A DNA stretch of 63,639 nucleotides, counting the filler, from Octopus bimaculoides (taxonomy: Eukaryota): NCBI RefSeq assembly GCF_001194135.2. It is 5 parts of 5 records of this genome, joined end to end, with 100 filler letters (N's around TTAATTAATTAA, not from the genome) between each part and the next. Parts side by side here need not be neighbours in the genome. Positions count along the whole stretch, not along the records: positions 35,686 to 60,785 come from NC_068987.1; 4 more parts are not named here. One strand, given 5' to 3'. Made by a program: the position numbers and the translations under genes. Under the pieces are notes generated by a model that was not told the origin of the DNA, made no database searches, and saw only the letters and a list, made by a program, of their open reading frames with translations. This document shows positions 35,754 to 48,640 of the stretch, piece after piece. How positions within the stretch are numbered: the first letter of the stretch is position 1; each line of letters starts with the position of its first letter.

Positions 35754-38500
35754 TGTAGGGAATTAGTAATTCACGTGAGGAATGGAATAACCTAGTCACT
35801 ATAAAGAGATGTACGTGAAGTACCAGAGTATGTTGAAGGCGGTCAGAGATAGTCGTGTGTTTACTGGTTTTATTAAGTATACTGTATACGGAAGTAGGCG
35901 TAATCACAATCCAACATTTTAAACATTAAAACAATGGTGATGAGGATTTAAGCAGCTCCCGAGGAATTACAAAAAAATAATGTGGAGTTAATAAACTCAC
36001 ACAGTTGGTGAGCGAATTTTACGAAAAATCGTAAAGATTATGGAGAATTTGTTGACCAGTTTGCTGGAGTTGCAAAAACAACGACAACAGCATATTCAAC
36101 TGCGGGTACAACAACAGAAGAAACAACAAAAACATATAATAATACAGGAATAAATTATGCAATTACTGAAGTCGTCAGGAAATTCAGAAAAACTTTTCTC
36201 GCCAGATTATGTTACGAACTCTAAAACAGAGTTCAAATACAAACCAAACGAAGGAGTTACCGTCGAGGCGTAGTACTGAATATATGAGCAACTCTTCGAT
36301 GAAGAATGTATAAAGTGGGATGTTGAAATGAAAACGCTCTTAATTTTACGAAAACTGGCGGCAGCATATCGTGAGCATTACAGTAAACTTTCTGACATAA
36401 ACTTTAATGACACAATAGGAATGGGTGTGTGCTAAGTAGCTTGCTTACCAACCACATGGTTCCAGATTCAGCCCCACTGCGTGACACCTTGGTGCTCCAC
36501 CATAGCCGCAGTCAAATGACTGAAACAAGTAAAAGAATAAAATAATATATTGGGTAAAAGTTTTAATGAAAAAGCTCATTTTTTCTACAAACGTCGGAAG
36601 GGTCTAAACATAGAGAAAAGCAATGGCGAGTACTACATCACATATGCTGGTAGTATAAACAGGGAATGCGAGAAGTTTATGCTGGGCGAATTAACGTCAG
36701 ATATGTTCAAATACCAGGGGCTTACTGCTGAAAAGGATGCACAAGTTAGAAGTAGAATTCTCGGAAAGCTGAAACAAAACTAGGATGTAACTCTACCACA
36801 AGTGTCAGAAGAATGTTAAAGGGTAGTCAAATTAAGACACGACACAGAGGAAATTGAACATAAAGATTGTTTCCAAGAAAAGCAAGTGGGAAATAGTCAT
36901 AATAGAGATAAAGGAGTTTCTAAATATCACGACAAAAATCAGGAAATAAAGTCGTGTTTTGCATGTGAATGTATTTACCTGAGGGAAAGTGTCCATTTAA
37001 GAAAGCGGAGTGCTGTCGTTGTAGAAATATAGGACATATAAAGAATAGATAGTATCCCATTGGAAGAAATTGGTAATATATTGATGAGTAAATTCATGAA
37101 GGTGAAAATCAGAAATGCAAGTGTTAATATGCGGTTGGACATTGTTTGTGATGTCCTCATTATAAAGGTAAAACTTTGGAAATATATCGGTAAGCCGAAA
37201 TTAATTAAATCGAAAAAAGTAGCACATGGCGTTACGGGGAAAAAGATTTTATCTTTTCGGTGAATTCGTATGTAATGTAACATTTCGAGGTTAAACGAAA
37301 AAGCAAATATATATGTGTTAAAATGTTCATTTAATTTATTCGGCACAGAGTGAATAGAACTATTCAAAGTATGGAATACGCCGATAAGTGTTTTGTGTGG
37401 AAATATTACTGGTTCAGTGGATGGTTCTAATTGAGCCGAAGGGCTGACACAAAAAAACAGCTGTAAAACGTATGTAAACCAAAACGAAATGAAAAATTGC
37501 CCACGATAAAAAGTAAACATTGTTCAAATGCAGATAGTGCGTAAACGAGATTACACATGAATTTCGCTGGTCCTTTAAATGGTTCTTCCTACTTAGTGGT
37601 TGTCCATAGTCTCTCGAAATTGCCAGAAATGTGTAAATCTAAAAAAGCAACCTCTGCAACTGTGATAAAATGTTTACACGAATTATCAATCTATATTGGG
37701 AATACCAGACGCGGCACTGTCTGACAATGGAAAGCATTTTATATCTGTTACATTTTAAAAGTTTTATGATACGTTAGCGGTAGAACATGTAACTACTGCA
37801 CAATCCCAACCCAGAACTAACGAGCAGGCAGAACCCTTTGTCAATACCTTCAAGAGAGCCGTAAGAAATTCAAATAAGGAAGTGAGGGATGAGATAGCTC
37901 TATAACAACTTTTAAGAATGTACCGTGTGAGGCCAAATTCTAACACAGCAGCAGGCAGCTCACCAGCGGAGCTGATATTTGCAGGAAAAGTAAAATTAGT
38001 CTTTGATAAACTGCTTGCTGGCAAAAAAAGAAAAAAAGTGCCAGGGAAGACATAACAAGATTCTTTAAAGTTGGCGTAAAGGTGTACGAGGGGGGCATGC
38101 AAGAATGGAAAGAAGAGTAACGGAGATAGCGTATTACCAAATACATAGGTAAAATGATCTATTGGGTAAAATGTAGTAAATGTATGTACAAGAGTCAACT
38201 GGCAAAGAAACTCGTGGAAAGCGAAACAAAAAAGTAGGAAGGACCGATGAAATGGTTGCACTGCAGGTGGTTGAAACCAGGCGTACAAGTGAGAGAAAAA
38301 GAAGCCATACATAGTTTCTGAAAATAGCTGTCAAGCGCAACACATTTTAAATTGTAACAAAAAACTAAAGCATGGGAGGTGAGGTGAATAAATTATTGCT
38401 AAATAAAATGGCACTTCCTAAGAAAACTTCAAATGGGAGATGTAGAGAATTAGTAATAATGATAATCCCTCCCACGTGACTAATGGAATAACCTAGTTAT
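35754..38500 (+). mobile_element. Gypsy LTR retrotransposon remnant (gag, protease, integrase; RT/RNase H not seen)
   Basis: 5' LTR TG...CA 35754-35933, PBS-like TGGTGATGAGG at 35935; gag YYITYAGSINRECEKF..VRSRILGKLKQ; protease-like MRLDIVCDVLII..WKYIGKPKL; integrase RLHMNFAGPLNGSSYLVVV, LSDNGKHF, NEQAEPFVNTFKRA; PPT-like aaatgggaga then 3' LTR start tgtagagaattagtaat at 38441. Confidence 0.85.
36420..36545 (+). mobile_element. internally deleted SINE family B nested in Gypsy gag
   Basis: Head (aaccacatggttccagattcagccccactgcgtgacacc) joined directly to tail (ggtgctccaccatagccgcagtcaaatgactgaaacaagtaaaag). Confidence 0.8.
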
Positions 38501-38907
38501 AGATTATTTCGTAGTAGATTCTACCAAACGTACTATGATGATATACAGGTCTTGTTATATATGAACAGCATTTACGCCTAAATATAATACTTGCACTGAG
38601 GCTTCAACTACATAGAAGTAATTATATATTATCGCGTTCAAAATCAACCGGGTTTCATTTCATTAATGCACCTGGTTAAAGATTAAATTTATTTGCATGA
38701 AATATCATCTTAATCATTCCTTAAATCATAGCAGATAATTGTATAACCAGTAATTAGTTTCAATCATTCAACATAAAAATAGACATGGAGTTCGGGATTG
38801 GTCTGGAAGAAAAATAAAAAAAAAACAACGCTGTGCTTGTTCGTGATTAGACAGGTCAACGAAAAACAGATAATATATATATACAGATACACGCACACAC
38901 ACACACG

Positions 38908-38943
<36 letters not shown>

Positions 38944-39415
38944 CACACACTTGTAGGTATATATATTCATATTTATATTCTAGTAAATGAGCGCTGGTGC
39001 GATGCAATATTGCCGAAAATATAATTTACAGTTGTACCCTGATGTAATAATAAATAATAAATCTCAAACTCTAAAATACGGTAAAGTACCACATTCCCCT
39101 CTAGTATTCTTCATCATCATCAATTCTATCGTTCACCATAAAAAAAATAGAATTATTTTAAAAAATCAATGTTAAAAATAATAATTATCTTGCCCCGAAA
39201 GTAATGGAATACAACTCAGAAAGTTAGCACAGACATAACGTCGACAAAAAGTAAAAGAGAACAAAATATCAAACAAATTAAAAGAAAGAACAAATAAAAG
39301 ACGCGAGGTCATGCATACAAATAAATATGCCTACATATATATGTACAAGCACATATTAATACATAGGTATTTATAATATTTATATATATTTACATACGTG
39401 TGTATGTATCTGATG

Positions 39416-39447
<32 letters not shown>

Positions 39448-40339
39448 GATAGATAGATAGATAGGTGTATGTATGTGCGTGTGCGTAAGCGCGTGTGTGT
39501 GTCTGTTTGTGTATTTGCTTGTGTCTGTGTTGGATTTATTCATGTATGTGTGCCGCCAAACACATGTTGTCACCCACAGGCACAAACATTCACACTCAAC
39601 AATAAGTAGTGTGAGACCTCGTCGGTCAGCAATTATAAATAACAATGGTTTCGATAAATACTAAGAATGCTGTGTCTACACAAAATCACTGCAATATTTA
39701 ATAGCTGCCCTCTGAGCAATTCTTTCGGAAACCTATTTATCGTAATTATGTATACTACTATGTGGCTGAACGTAAACATATTTGGTTTTACGCCTGTGTT
39801 GAAGAGTCGGCGTGTTTATGATCATATGTGCGTACGCAACTGCACACGCGCGCGCTTGTGTGTCCGTGCGTGGGCGTGTAAGTATTTGTGCGTGTGTTAT
39901 TCTGTGTTTGCAATATTAAAATATCTGTTATGGAAGTCTTTATTTGTGCATATTGCTTATGCTACACACGTACGCGCACACATTCACACTCACACACACA
40001 TATTCGACCATATATATTTATATGCATGTATGTTTATGACGTATAACAAGAATCTTTATAGATATACATTCTTATACACATATTTTTACATGCATATATG
40101 CATGTAAATATATTCTGCACACTTATACACAGACATTACACACAAATACATATTTCTATATATCGCTTTCTCTCTATGTACATACGTATACATGCTCTAC
40201 TTTATGCTACCAATACGTATTAACATTTATTTAAATAAGTAGTGACACAGGGAAATATGTTAGTATACCTCTGTAATATATTCAAGTATATATCACGCAC
40301 ACATACGCACAGACACATCGTGGTCTTGTATTACCTGTC

Positions 40340-41330
40340 AGAGACCGTTCAAATTGCATATATTCCTAGAGAACAGTTTTTGTTTATACACATACTCTTC
40401 TCAGAATTCTCTCCGTCAGAAGTGATATATCCGTGCAATCGATATTTGCAATTTCGTAGTGTTTCAAAAATATTCTGGTGTGCAATGTTTAAACTACTTC
40501 CTGATGCAAATTTTCGCTTTATCTGTGTCATCACATCGTTGTCATCGAAAACTGTCCTTCTTGTCAAAAATAGGTGAAATTCGAAGGACGCCAAATCCGG
40601 ACGCCAAATTCTTGAGCGCCGAGCAACCACGTTTGCTTACCACTTGACTTGTTTAAAAAGTTTGATGTCACCACAGCTTGTGGTCGATATGAATAATTTT
40701 CAGATTTGACCTAATGGCTCCTCTTAGATTTTTAAAATTTTCTGTAAACGACTCAGTGTTGGCATTGCGTTCCTCTTCCAGTAGAACAAAGGAAATGACA
40801 TCGTGTTCACCCACCAAAGAGTAACCATAATATTCTATGACGATCTTTGTCTCTTGAACATTTTAGGCGTTGAAGAAATCGTGCCTTCATTTGCTGTAAA
40901 AGTCTAGCAGATCAGGGAACTGTCCCCAATTTTTGTCTACGACTTTGGTATCAGCGTTCGAGGACTTACTTTGCAATGTTTTCCTTTGTGCATTGGGATT
41001 CATCGCTCCACAAGAAGCAATTCATGAACTTGTTAGTGATTCGTTTTAGTGGACTAAGCTGATAGTTTCCCACTAAAGTGGCTTTGTACTACCAGTTTCC
41101 GCATAACGTTTTCAGCCATCTATGCACATTGTTGTCAGATGGATCGTCTCCGATGTCAAAATGTAGCTTTGCGTGGGTGTCATACAACCGGTAACCCTCT
41201 TTCATCAAGAAATCGATAGAGGCACAATAGTTCTGTTTGAAAGTTATTATTTGTCTATAATGAACGATGTTGAAGATTCAGTGTGTCCTATATTCGAAGT
41301 GTTATTCTATTAAAAAAATGGATGTAGAAT
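40340..41330 (-). mobile_element. mariner transposase remnant
   Basis: N-terminal HTH-like ..FLMKEGYRLYDTHAKL..VHRW; C-terminal PDLASFEFHLF...FDDND matches the mariner YSPDLAPxDFxLF motif. Confidence 0.75.
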
Positions 41331-41523
41331 AGCCTAGCATTTAGAAGACTTTATGCTACTTTTACATTACTTTTGAGACAACCTCCGTACTTTCGGATGC
41401 ACCTCTCCTACACTCTCTCGCGCGCCCTCTCTCTGCATACATGCTGACAAATGCAACACACAGACACGCATACACATATGACTTATTATTATTGTCAATA
41501 TTATTATTATTATTATTATTATT

Positions 41524-42187
41524 CAGTAGTTTTATTTTTATAACGTGATTTATATAACGCCTTGGGTATGTGCTGTGGTTTGCTGTGGTGCTCTTATGGT
41601 TACTGTATTGAAAGTGTTTTGCGTAGGATGTGTGCTGTGCCAAGTAGTGCAATTTTCTGTATGTTATATATATTTGTAAGTCCTGGTGTTTTTGTTATGT
41701 ATTTGTCTGAATATTTTTTTATTATACCTAAGGCACCTACTATAATAAGAATTGTTTCTGTTTTAGATTCCACATTCGAGTTACCTCTATTTCCAGGTCT
41801 TTGTATTTTGAAAGTTTTTCCATTTCTTTTAGAGAGACGTTGTCATCTGCTGGTATTGATACATCAATTAGAAAGCATTTTTTTTGTTCATGATATTTGA
41901 CAACTATATCTGGTCTATTTGCCTTAATTTCTCTATCTGTGTGTGTTGGCATATCCCAGAGTATGGTTGCTTTCTCGTTTTCTGTGACCTCTTCTGGCGT
42001 GTATTTATGCCATCTTTTTTTTCTGTTGTTATTCCATAGTGTTGGCATAATTCCAGTGTATATAGGTCCCAGTTCTGTCGTGTCTGTGAATATATTCCTT
42101 CTTAGCCAGGACTGGGCAGCCAGAGATAATATGATTTATTGTTTCTTGTCCATCTCCACAAATTCTACAGTTACTTGTTATGTTTCT

Positions 42188-42189
<2 letters not shown>
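41524..42189 (-). mobile_element. R4/Dong-type retrotransposon 3' fragment (subfamily 1)
   Basis: CRICGDGQETINHIISGCPVLAKKEYIHRHD; ILWDMPTHTDREIKANRPDIVV..LIDVSIP..KLSKYKDL (PD..D restriction-like endonuclease); LLGTAHILRK; bounded by (TAA)n on both sides. Confidence 0.9.
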
Positions 42190-42245
<56 letters not shown>

Positions 42246-42246
<1 letters not shown>

Positions 42247-43690
42247 ACATTTGCACAGCTTCTAACGCTGGAGATGTACTACGGTGTCAGCTGTTCACTA
42301 CCAGTGAACTAAGGCAACACCTCTTATTTTTAGAGCACTTTCTGGAGTATTCGAGCAGTTCCAAGCAGGGCTGCTTTCCGCAAGTGCTCTATTCTTATTG
42401 CAGCCATATTTTTCCATGCACTTCTCGAGTTTTTTATTCACTACTACCACTTTTTTAATCGAGCACAACTGCTTAACTGTCCAAGCTTACCTGTAATATC
42501 TATCGACTTTTCTTTTCTCCTTATCGCATACCTTGCTGTCAGCTGGGCATGATATGTTTATGATCCAGCATAGTTTACTTTCTTTCTCAGTTAAGACTAT
42601 GTCTGAGTTCCTATTTCTATCTCATGGTAGCACTGGATCATAAAATACAACATAATCTTTGCATTATCATTCTCGATGATGCCGTCCATACATTCGATTT
42701 TGCCTCTGCTGCCCAGGAAGACAACTTTTCGAGCACATTCTGTATTGCAAAGACATAGTTCCACGGATTTGTGGTCGGACCAAGTTTTTGCTCTGTCAAG
42801 TCAATACTTGTTGCAAAGGGTCCAATGGACAAGCCTTGCTGTTTTGTCGTGGCATGCCTTATATTCCTTCTGGGATGGTGGCGTACATTGGCTGGTAATA
42901 TGCCATACGGTTTCACCATTTTGCCCACAAATTCTGCACTTATCACTTTCTGATGTGTTGTCTATTCTGTATTTTATGTAGTTTGTTCTTAGTGCTTGCT
43001 CTTGGGCAGCACAGATTAGAGCCTCCTTTTCCGGTTTTAAATCACTTTTAGTCATCCACAGCCATCTTTTTTCTCTGTCTATCTTATCTTCAACATCCCT
43101 ATGAAATTGTTCATGCATTCGTTTCTTTACCACCTATTTTCAGTTTCCTTCATTTTCAATTGCTTGTACAGTGCTTCATCTTTGAAATCCTTCATCCTAT
43201 ACAAACCAGACCTTCTAATGATAGCGGTTCCGTGGCATTTTCTAAATAACATGCTATGTTGTTTCCTTCTGCTTCAATGCTGTGTTTGCATCCAATAAGT
43301 CCTCTTCCCCATCTTTTTCTTCGTACGTACAGTCTATATGTGTCTTTTTGTGGGTAGAGTGTCCCATATCTAGTTAGAGACTTCCTTTTCTCTCTCTATC
43401 TAAGCTGTTTAGTTCATCTGTTGTCCATGCGATTACCCCTGCTCCGTATCTAAGCAGTGAAACCTTCCAAGTGTTGATCGCTTCAATCTAATTCCGTCCG
43501 TTTAAATTCGATTTAAGTATCGGTCTCAATCTGCGCAAGTACTCCACCTTAATTTTTTTCTGTCATTTCTTTCTCTATCAATTTATCCATTTCCAAAATC
43601 TCCAATTACTTATAGCCCGTCTCTTCAATCTGCTTCATAACCTCCCACGACGTCATTGTTAGCCCGTCCATACATTCGATTTTGCCTATG
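42246..43690 (-). mobile_element. R4/Dong-type retrotransposon 3' fragment (subfamily 2)
   Basis: EVMKQIEETGYK; DGGRGLIGC; AAQEQALRTNYIKYRID..CRICGQNGETVWHITSQC; AALLGTARIL; 3' end in (TAA)n 42190-42245. Confidence 0.9.
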
Positions 43691-44200
43691 CTGCCCAGGA
43701 AGACAAATTTTCGACCACATTCTGTATTGCAAAGACATAGTTCCACATATGAATTTCCTAGTGGAGACTGGAATAATACCGCAGATTTGTTCTTGTAATA
43801 CTGAGTCCAAAAGCCTTGCAAGAAGCAGAAATATGCTTCATAAAATTTTTGCATGTGGTCCACTATATTATCAACTGAAGTGAAACCATCTGCACAAAGT
43901 AGGTCATGAATAAGACAAGTGAATTCTTTCGACTTGGCTACAAATCGGCGCATTTTGAAACAAAGATTAGAAGATCGTTGTATCATATATATTCAAGAAG
44001 AGCAATTCACAGCAAAAGCATGATTGAGAGTAACAGCTAAATATAAGGAATTTTAGGGAAGGATGCCACCATGCTTAACGACATTCTCTACAGAAAAATC
44101 TTCCCACCACGCTTGCACACCATCACCAAATGATTTCTCGAAACAAGTGACCTGAACAATCAAGTTTTCCGAGTTTTTCCACACCGCTTTTGAGTTTTGT
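43690..44200 (-). mobile_element. RTE-clade LINE RT segment (inverted 5' part)
   Basis: RRFVAKSKEFTCLIHDLLCADG..FQSPLGNSY..FVFLGS resembles the RTE/BovB RT region RRLQAKTKV..DFLFADD..YLGS. Confidence 0.75.
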
Positions 44201-44234
44201 GTATGCCAATATGGCATTGCAAGGGGGGAAACGT

Positions 44235-44815
44235 TGTTATGTAATGTGCGTGTCTTCTGACATCACACCTATACTCATGTGAAACATGGATCTTTTACAG
44301 ACATCATGTATAGTTCCTTGAACGCTTCCGTCAGGGATGTTTCAGACGCATTCTGAATGCTGACTTGACCGTGCTGACCCCAAACACAGAGATCTTGAAG
44401 AAAGTTTACGTCCTGAGCATTGCGGTGATAGTGCCAAAGTACCGTTTACGCTGAAATAGACACCTTGTTCGGATGGACGATCGGAGAATCCTTACGTAAA
44501 TGCAATATGCCGAACCTGTTTCTGGAAAGCACCTCACTCCTCAGCGGAAAGCAAGGCTACGATCTAACGATTGTGCAAAGATCTCGTTGAAGGCATGCAA
44601 AATCTGAGAGGTTATTTGGGAAAGCAATGGTTGTCATCGCTTCAAATGGAAAAAACAAAGAAGACGTTAGTCATTTCGAAAAAGAACAAAAATCATGCTT
44701 TTCATGCAGAATTTAGCGATCGGCTAGAAAGAAAACACACTACCATCGTAGTGAAACGGGGAAACTTGGTTTGCAGTGTGGGTGTGCATGTTAATCAAGA
44801 ATTATATTCGTGATA
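44235..44815 (+). mobile_element. RTE-clade LINE ORF C-terminal segment
   Basis: YSCETW..ERFRQGCFRRILN, PNTEILKK, HLVRMDDRRI, RLRSNDC..SLKACKI. Confidence 0.8.
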
Positions 44816-45230
44816 TAAAAAGGCTAAGGCCGTTAGTAGAATAGGTTAGGAGGAAGGTGAGAAGAAATAGAATAACAAAATAGAATAAAAAACAATACAA
44901 TAAAATAAAGTGGGGAAATGAAATAAAATAAGAGAAAGTGAAACAATATGGAATACAATCGGAGTAGTAGAGTGAAAGGAGGTCTAATTTTCCGAGCGAC
45001 GTTGGTGAATATAGAATTTTTTAAAACGATCATGGATATAAATTCGTTATATAAATTCGTGATAGAAACGTTTTCAATGTTTTGAAGGCTTTTAACATTT
45101 TTAAAGATCTTTGAAAGTATGTATAAAAGTAGATATATGTTATTTTATTTCCTCTCATCGCCCATCCTATCTACCCTGTTATATTACTTGATACAAACCA
45201 GGTTTCCTGAAACACACTTACACATTATAT

Positions 45231-45331
<101 letters not shown>

Positions 45332-46596
45332 TAGAGAGAGATGTATGTATATCTATATATCAGTATAGGCTATGTGTGTGTGTGTGTACGTGTGTGTATA
45401 TGTGTGTATATTTACATATTTTCTGATGCAATGTGATTGGCAGTTGTAAATGTGATTGAAAGCTATTACCATCAGTTTTATTAGAACATCTTTCAACGAT
45501 ATTCTCCTGAGAAAACATAGAATGATATTTACATTCTTTTGCACAGATATGTGTTTCGTAACGATTGCAGTAGGTGCCGAAGTGTTGTGTCAAATTAGCC
45601 ATTGAGATTCGCCCATGTTTTGATGTGCGGTCACTACCTTTGACAGATCTTTTTCAACTCATGAATTTTTAATATTCTTGCTTTTATTTACTGCAGCTGT
45701 GACGGTTTGCATTTCATATCTCTTTTCATGTTTTATAGCAACATATGTGCGTTTGCATGTGTGTGCGCGTGTGCGAGCATGTGTGTGCGTGTGCGTGTGT
45801 ACGTGTGTGTTCTAGTAGTTAAATTCGAGTTTATCATAATCTCATCATTTCTTGAAACGTCTACTATTTCAGTAATGCGTTCTTAGACATCGATTACCCC
45901 CTGCATCCTTGTGTAAACTTATTTCATTTTGATGGTTTCATATATAAACAGACATTATAATTTCTGCTTTGGATTATGTCTATCGGATCTCTAACTGTCA
46001 AATATATGGAGCAACTCTACACATTTTTCTATACATGTGAATTACGTTCTCATGCACACTTTGAGACATGGAGTAGTTTTCTACAACATAGAGTAGCTTT
46101 CGCTCAGCATAAAATGTCACACAGGAGATACTTACGAAAACTAAATTCCAGGAGAAAGTTGCAAACAGGTGGTCTGTTTGTGCTACGGTGGTTTATGTAA
46201 GAAATACAGTTAAGTGCTGAGCACAAGATGCAGTGGCGCAGGAGAGAGAACGACAGATAAAACGATGTAGCAAGTAGTTTCGAAGATAATAGATAAGAGC
46301 AATTTGGTACTGGTATCAGGATTTGTCAGACAACTCTAAAGTAATAAATCTCACACAATGTGCAACATTTTCAGAATTGGTATTCGATTTCCAAAAGCTG
46401 CATGAGCATAATGGCAGCTGTAAATCTGCGCGTGATTTGTACGAGGAGACTAAATAGACGTCTGGCACGCATTTTTTTAAACGAGAAAATACCTACTCTG
46501 TGATATGTCTTCGCATTACTAATAGTTTTGTGGGACATAACAATACTAGTAATGTAAATATGCTTATAATTTTTTATTGAGTACACCACACATAAT

Positions 46597-46775
46597 TACG
46601 ATGGGTACACAAAAGAAACTTATGCAATACTTTGTTATCAATTTAGTTTTATATGTTTACACTTTTACCACCTTCAAATCATTCTCTATTTGAAGCAATG
46701 CATCGGCCTTACACCTTACACGTTTTCTACTGATCGAAGCGATCCTGGACCTATTCCGAATTGATGCCTTTTAAC
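46597..46775. mobile_element. mariner-family terminal fragment
   Basis: tacgatggg start and ...ccttcaaatcattctctatttgaagcaatgc...ttgatgccttttaacgcctccgtc resemble mariner MITE ends; only one end seen. Confidence 0.45.
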
Positions 46776-47432
46776 GCCTCCGTCAATAGACAGGGGAGAA
46801 GCATGGCAAAACAAAGACGCACCACTAGACAGTACGATTGCGCAGTATGACGCCAATCGGCAGGCTGATGCTCGTGGGTTGCCTCAAGTGGCTTCTAGCG
46901 GCGAAAGTCTGAACTACAAAGGGCTTGTCCAACATAGAAGAGAACGTTTCCGGTCATTTCGGGGTACTTTCTCGTATATAAACCGTTCGCAATTACATTT
47001 GCGTCAGCAGGAGAGAAATTGTGACACGTACATTTGCGATGAACATCTATACCACAGCGCAGTTCGGGAAACATTTTAAGATTTAAACACCAATTTTGTT
47101 TATAAATATTATAGCACACCTTCCACAGCGAAATTCTCGAGACGCCAATTGGCTAATTGAATAGTGCCATTTAGCACTTGCCGCAATCATATATTTGCCT
47201 AGATTGTGACTGCTATAAGTAAACACACACCGTTTTCTGTAGATGAGGAAATTTTAAAGCTGAAAAGTATAAAATAAACGGTAAAGCATAAATCATTTAT
47301 GTCGTTTTCACTATTACATTTAAAATTTACAATGAAGTAGTTTTTTAAAGGGATTATAAGCAACATTCCTCGATACACGAAACGCACTATATTATTTGCT
47401 TATTAATACGGAATGCATACATACAGAGACAC

Positions 47433-47472
<40 letters not shown>

Positions 47473-48296
47473 AAATGGAAAAAAAAACTCAAATTAACAA
47501 ACACATCGCTTGGAACACCTTTATAGTTCATTTTCTAATACAAAGAATGACATAACAAAATGAGTGACGTAGCATATCTTACGGCCGTTTCTGATCGGTT
47601 ACCAAAAGGCTGTCTATATATAAATGCGAGAATAAAATTCTTCATCTTCATAGCGCATTCAAATTAAGGCAACGGAGCTTCATCAGAGTAAAAAAAGAAC
47701 AAGAGCATATAACATAAACAAAAGAAAGAAGGAAAAAGAAAAGAAAACTTGGCATAGACAAAAGTCCAGAAGCTGAATATGTTAAAAGCATATAATTTAC
47801 TACCAAGGGTGTACGGGTCCGTAGGTAAACCTGCTAGCTAGTAATAGTCTAGGGAATACTACCATTTATTAACGGGTAGGTGCAATTTGAAGTGGGTGGG
47901 CAGGTTGTTGAAAAAAAGAAGTTATCAAGAAGATGTATATAAGGAAAATACTAACATGATCATCAAAGGGCGGTACCTATGCTAACGGAGTAGCATAGGT
48001 AACCACCCTGTGGTCGAATCGTTGTGTTGGTTAATCTGAGGTTTTCTCCATTTTCTGACTATTTGCATTGGTTCCTGGTAAAGTCTTGTTTATCCTGTTG
48101 GTACTCATACGCTACGTGAATGTTGTGCCTGCACACAAATGCTCGGGGATAATACGGGTGAAGGATACCAATAGTAGATACGGATATTTTATACCTTAGT
48201 GTAACCGCTAACTCTCTTTACATTTGTTATATCTATATATATATATATATACATATACACAAATGCAAACATGACGGTATATGTATATACATTTAT

Positions 48297-48339
<43 letters not shown>

Positions 48340-48427
48340 TATATATAAACATATATGAACACGTACATATACAGACGTATATACACATGACTTCAAACAT
48401 ACACGAACAGCAATTTGTACTTGCATA

Positions 48428-48497
<70 letters not shown>

Positions 48498-48524
48498 CGG
48501 ATATGTGTATATGTATGTGTATCA

Positions 48525-48640
48525 AATTCGCTCACAAGTCTTTGCTTGGCCCGAGCTAGTGTAGGAGACACTTGTCCAAGGAGCTACGGAATTATGTGAT
48601 TGGAGAGTAAACTTCTTACTACACAGCCAGACCTACACCT
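48525..48640 (-). mobile_element. SINE family B head
   Basis: Reverse complement of ggctgtgtagtaagaagtttactctccaatcaca...ccttggacaagtgtctcctacactagctcgggccaagcaaagac. Confidence 0.75.
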
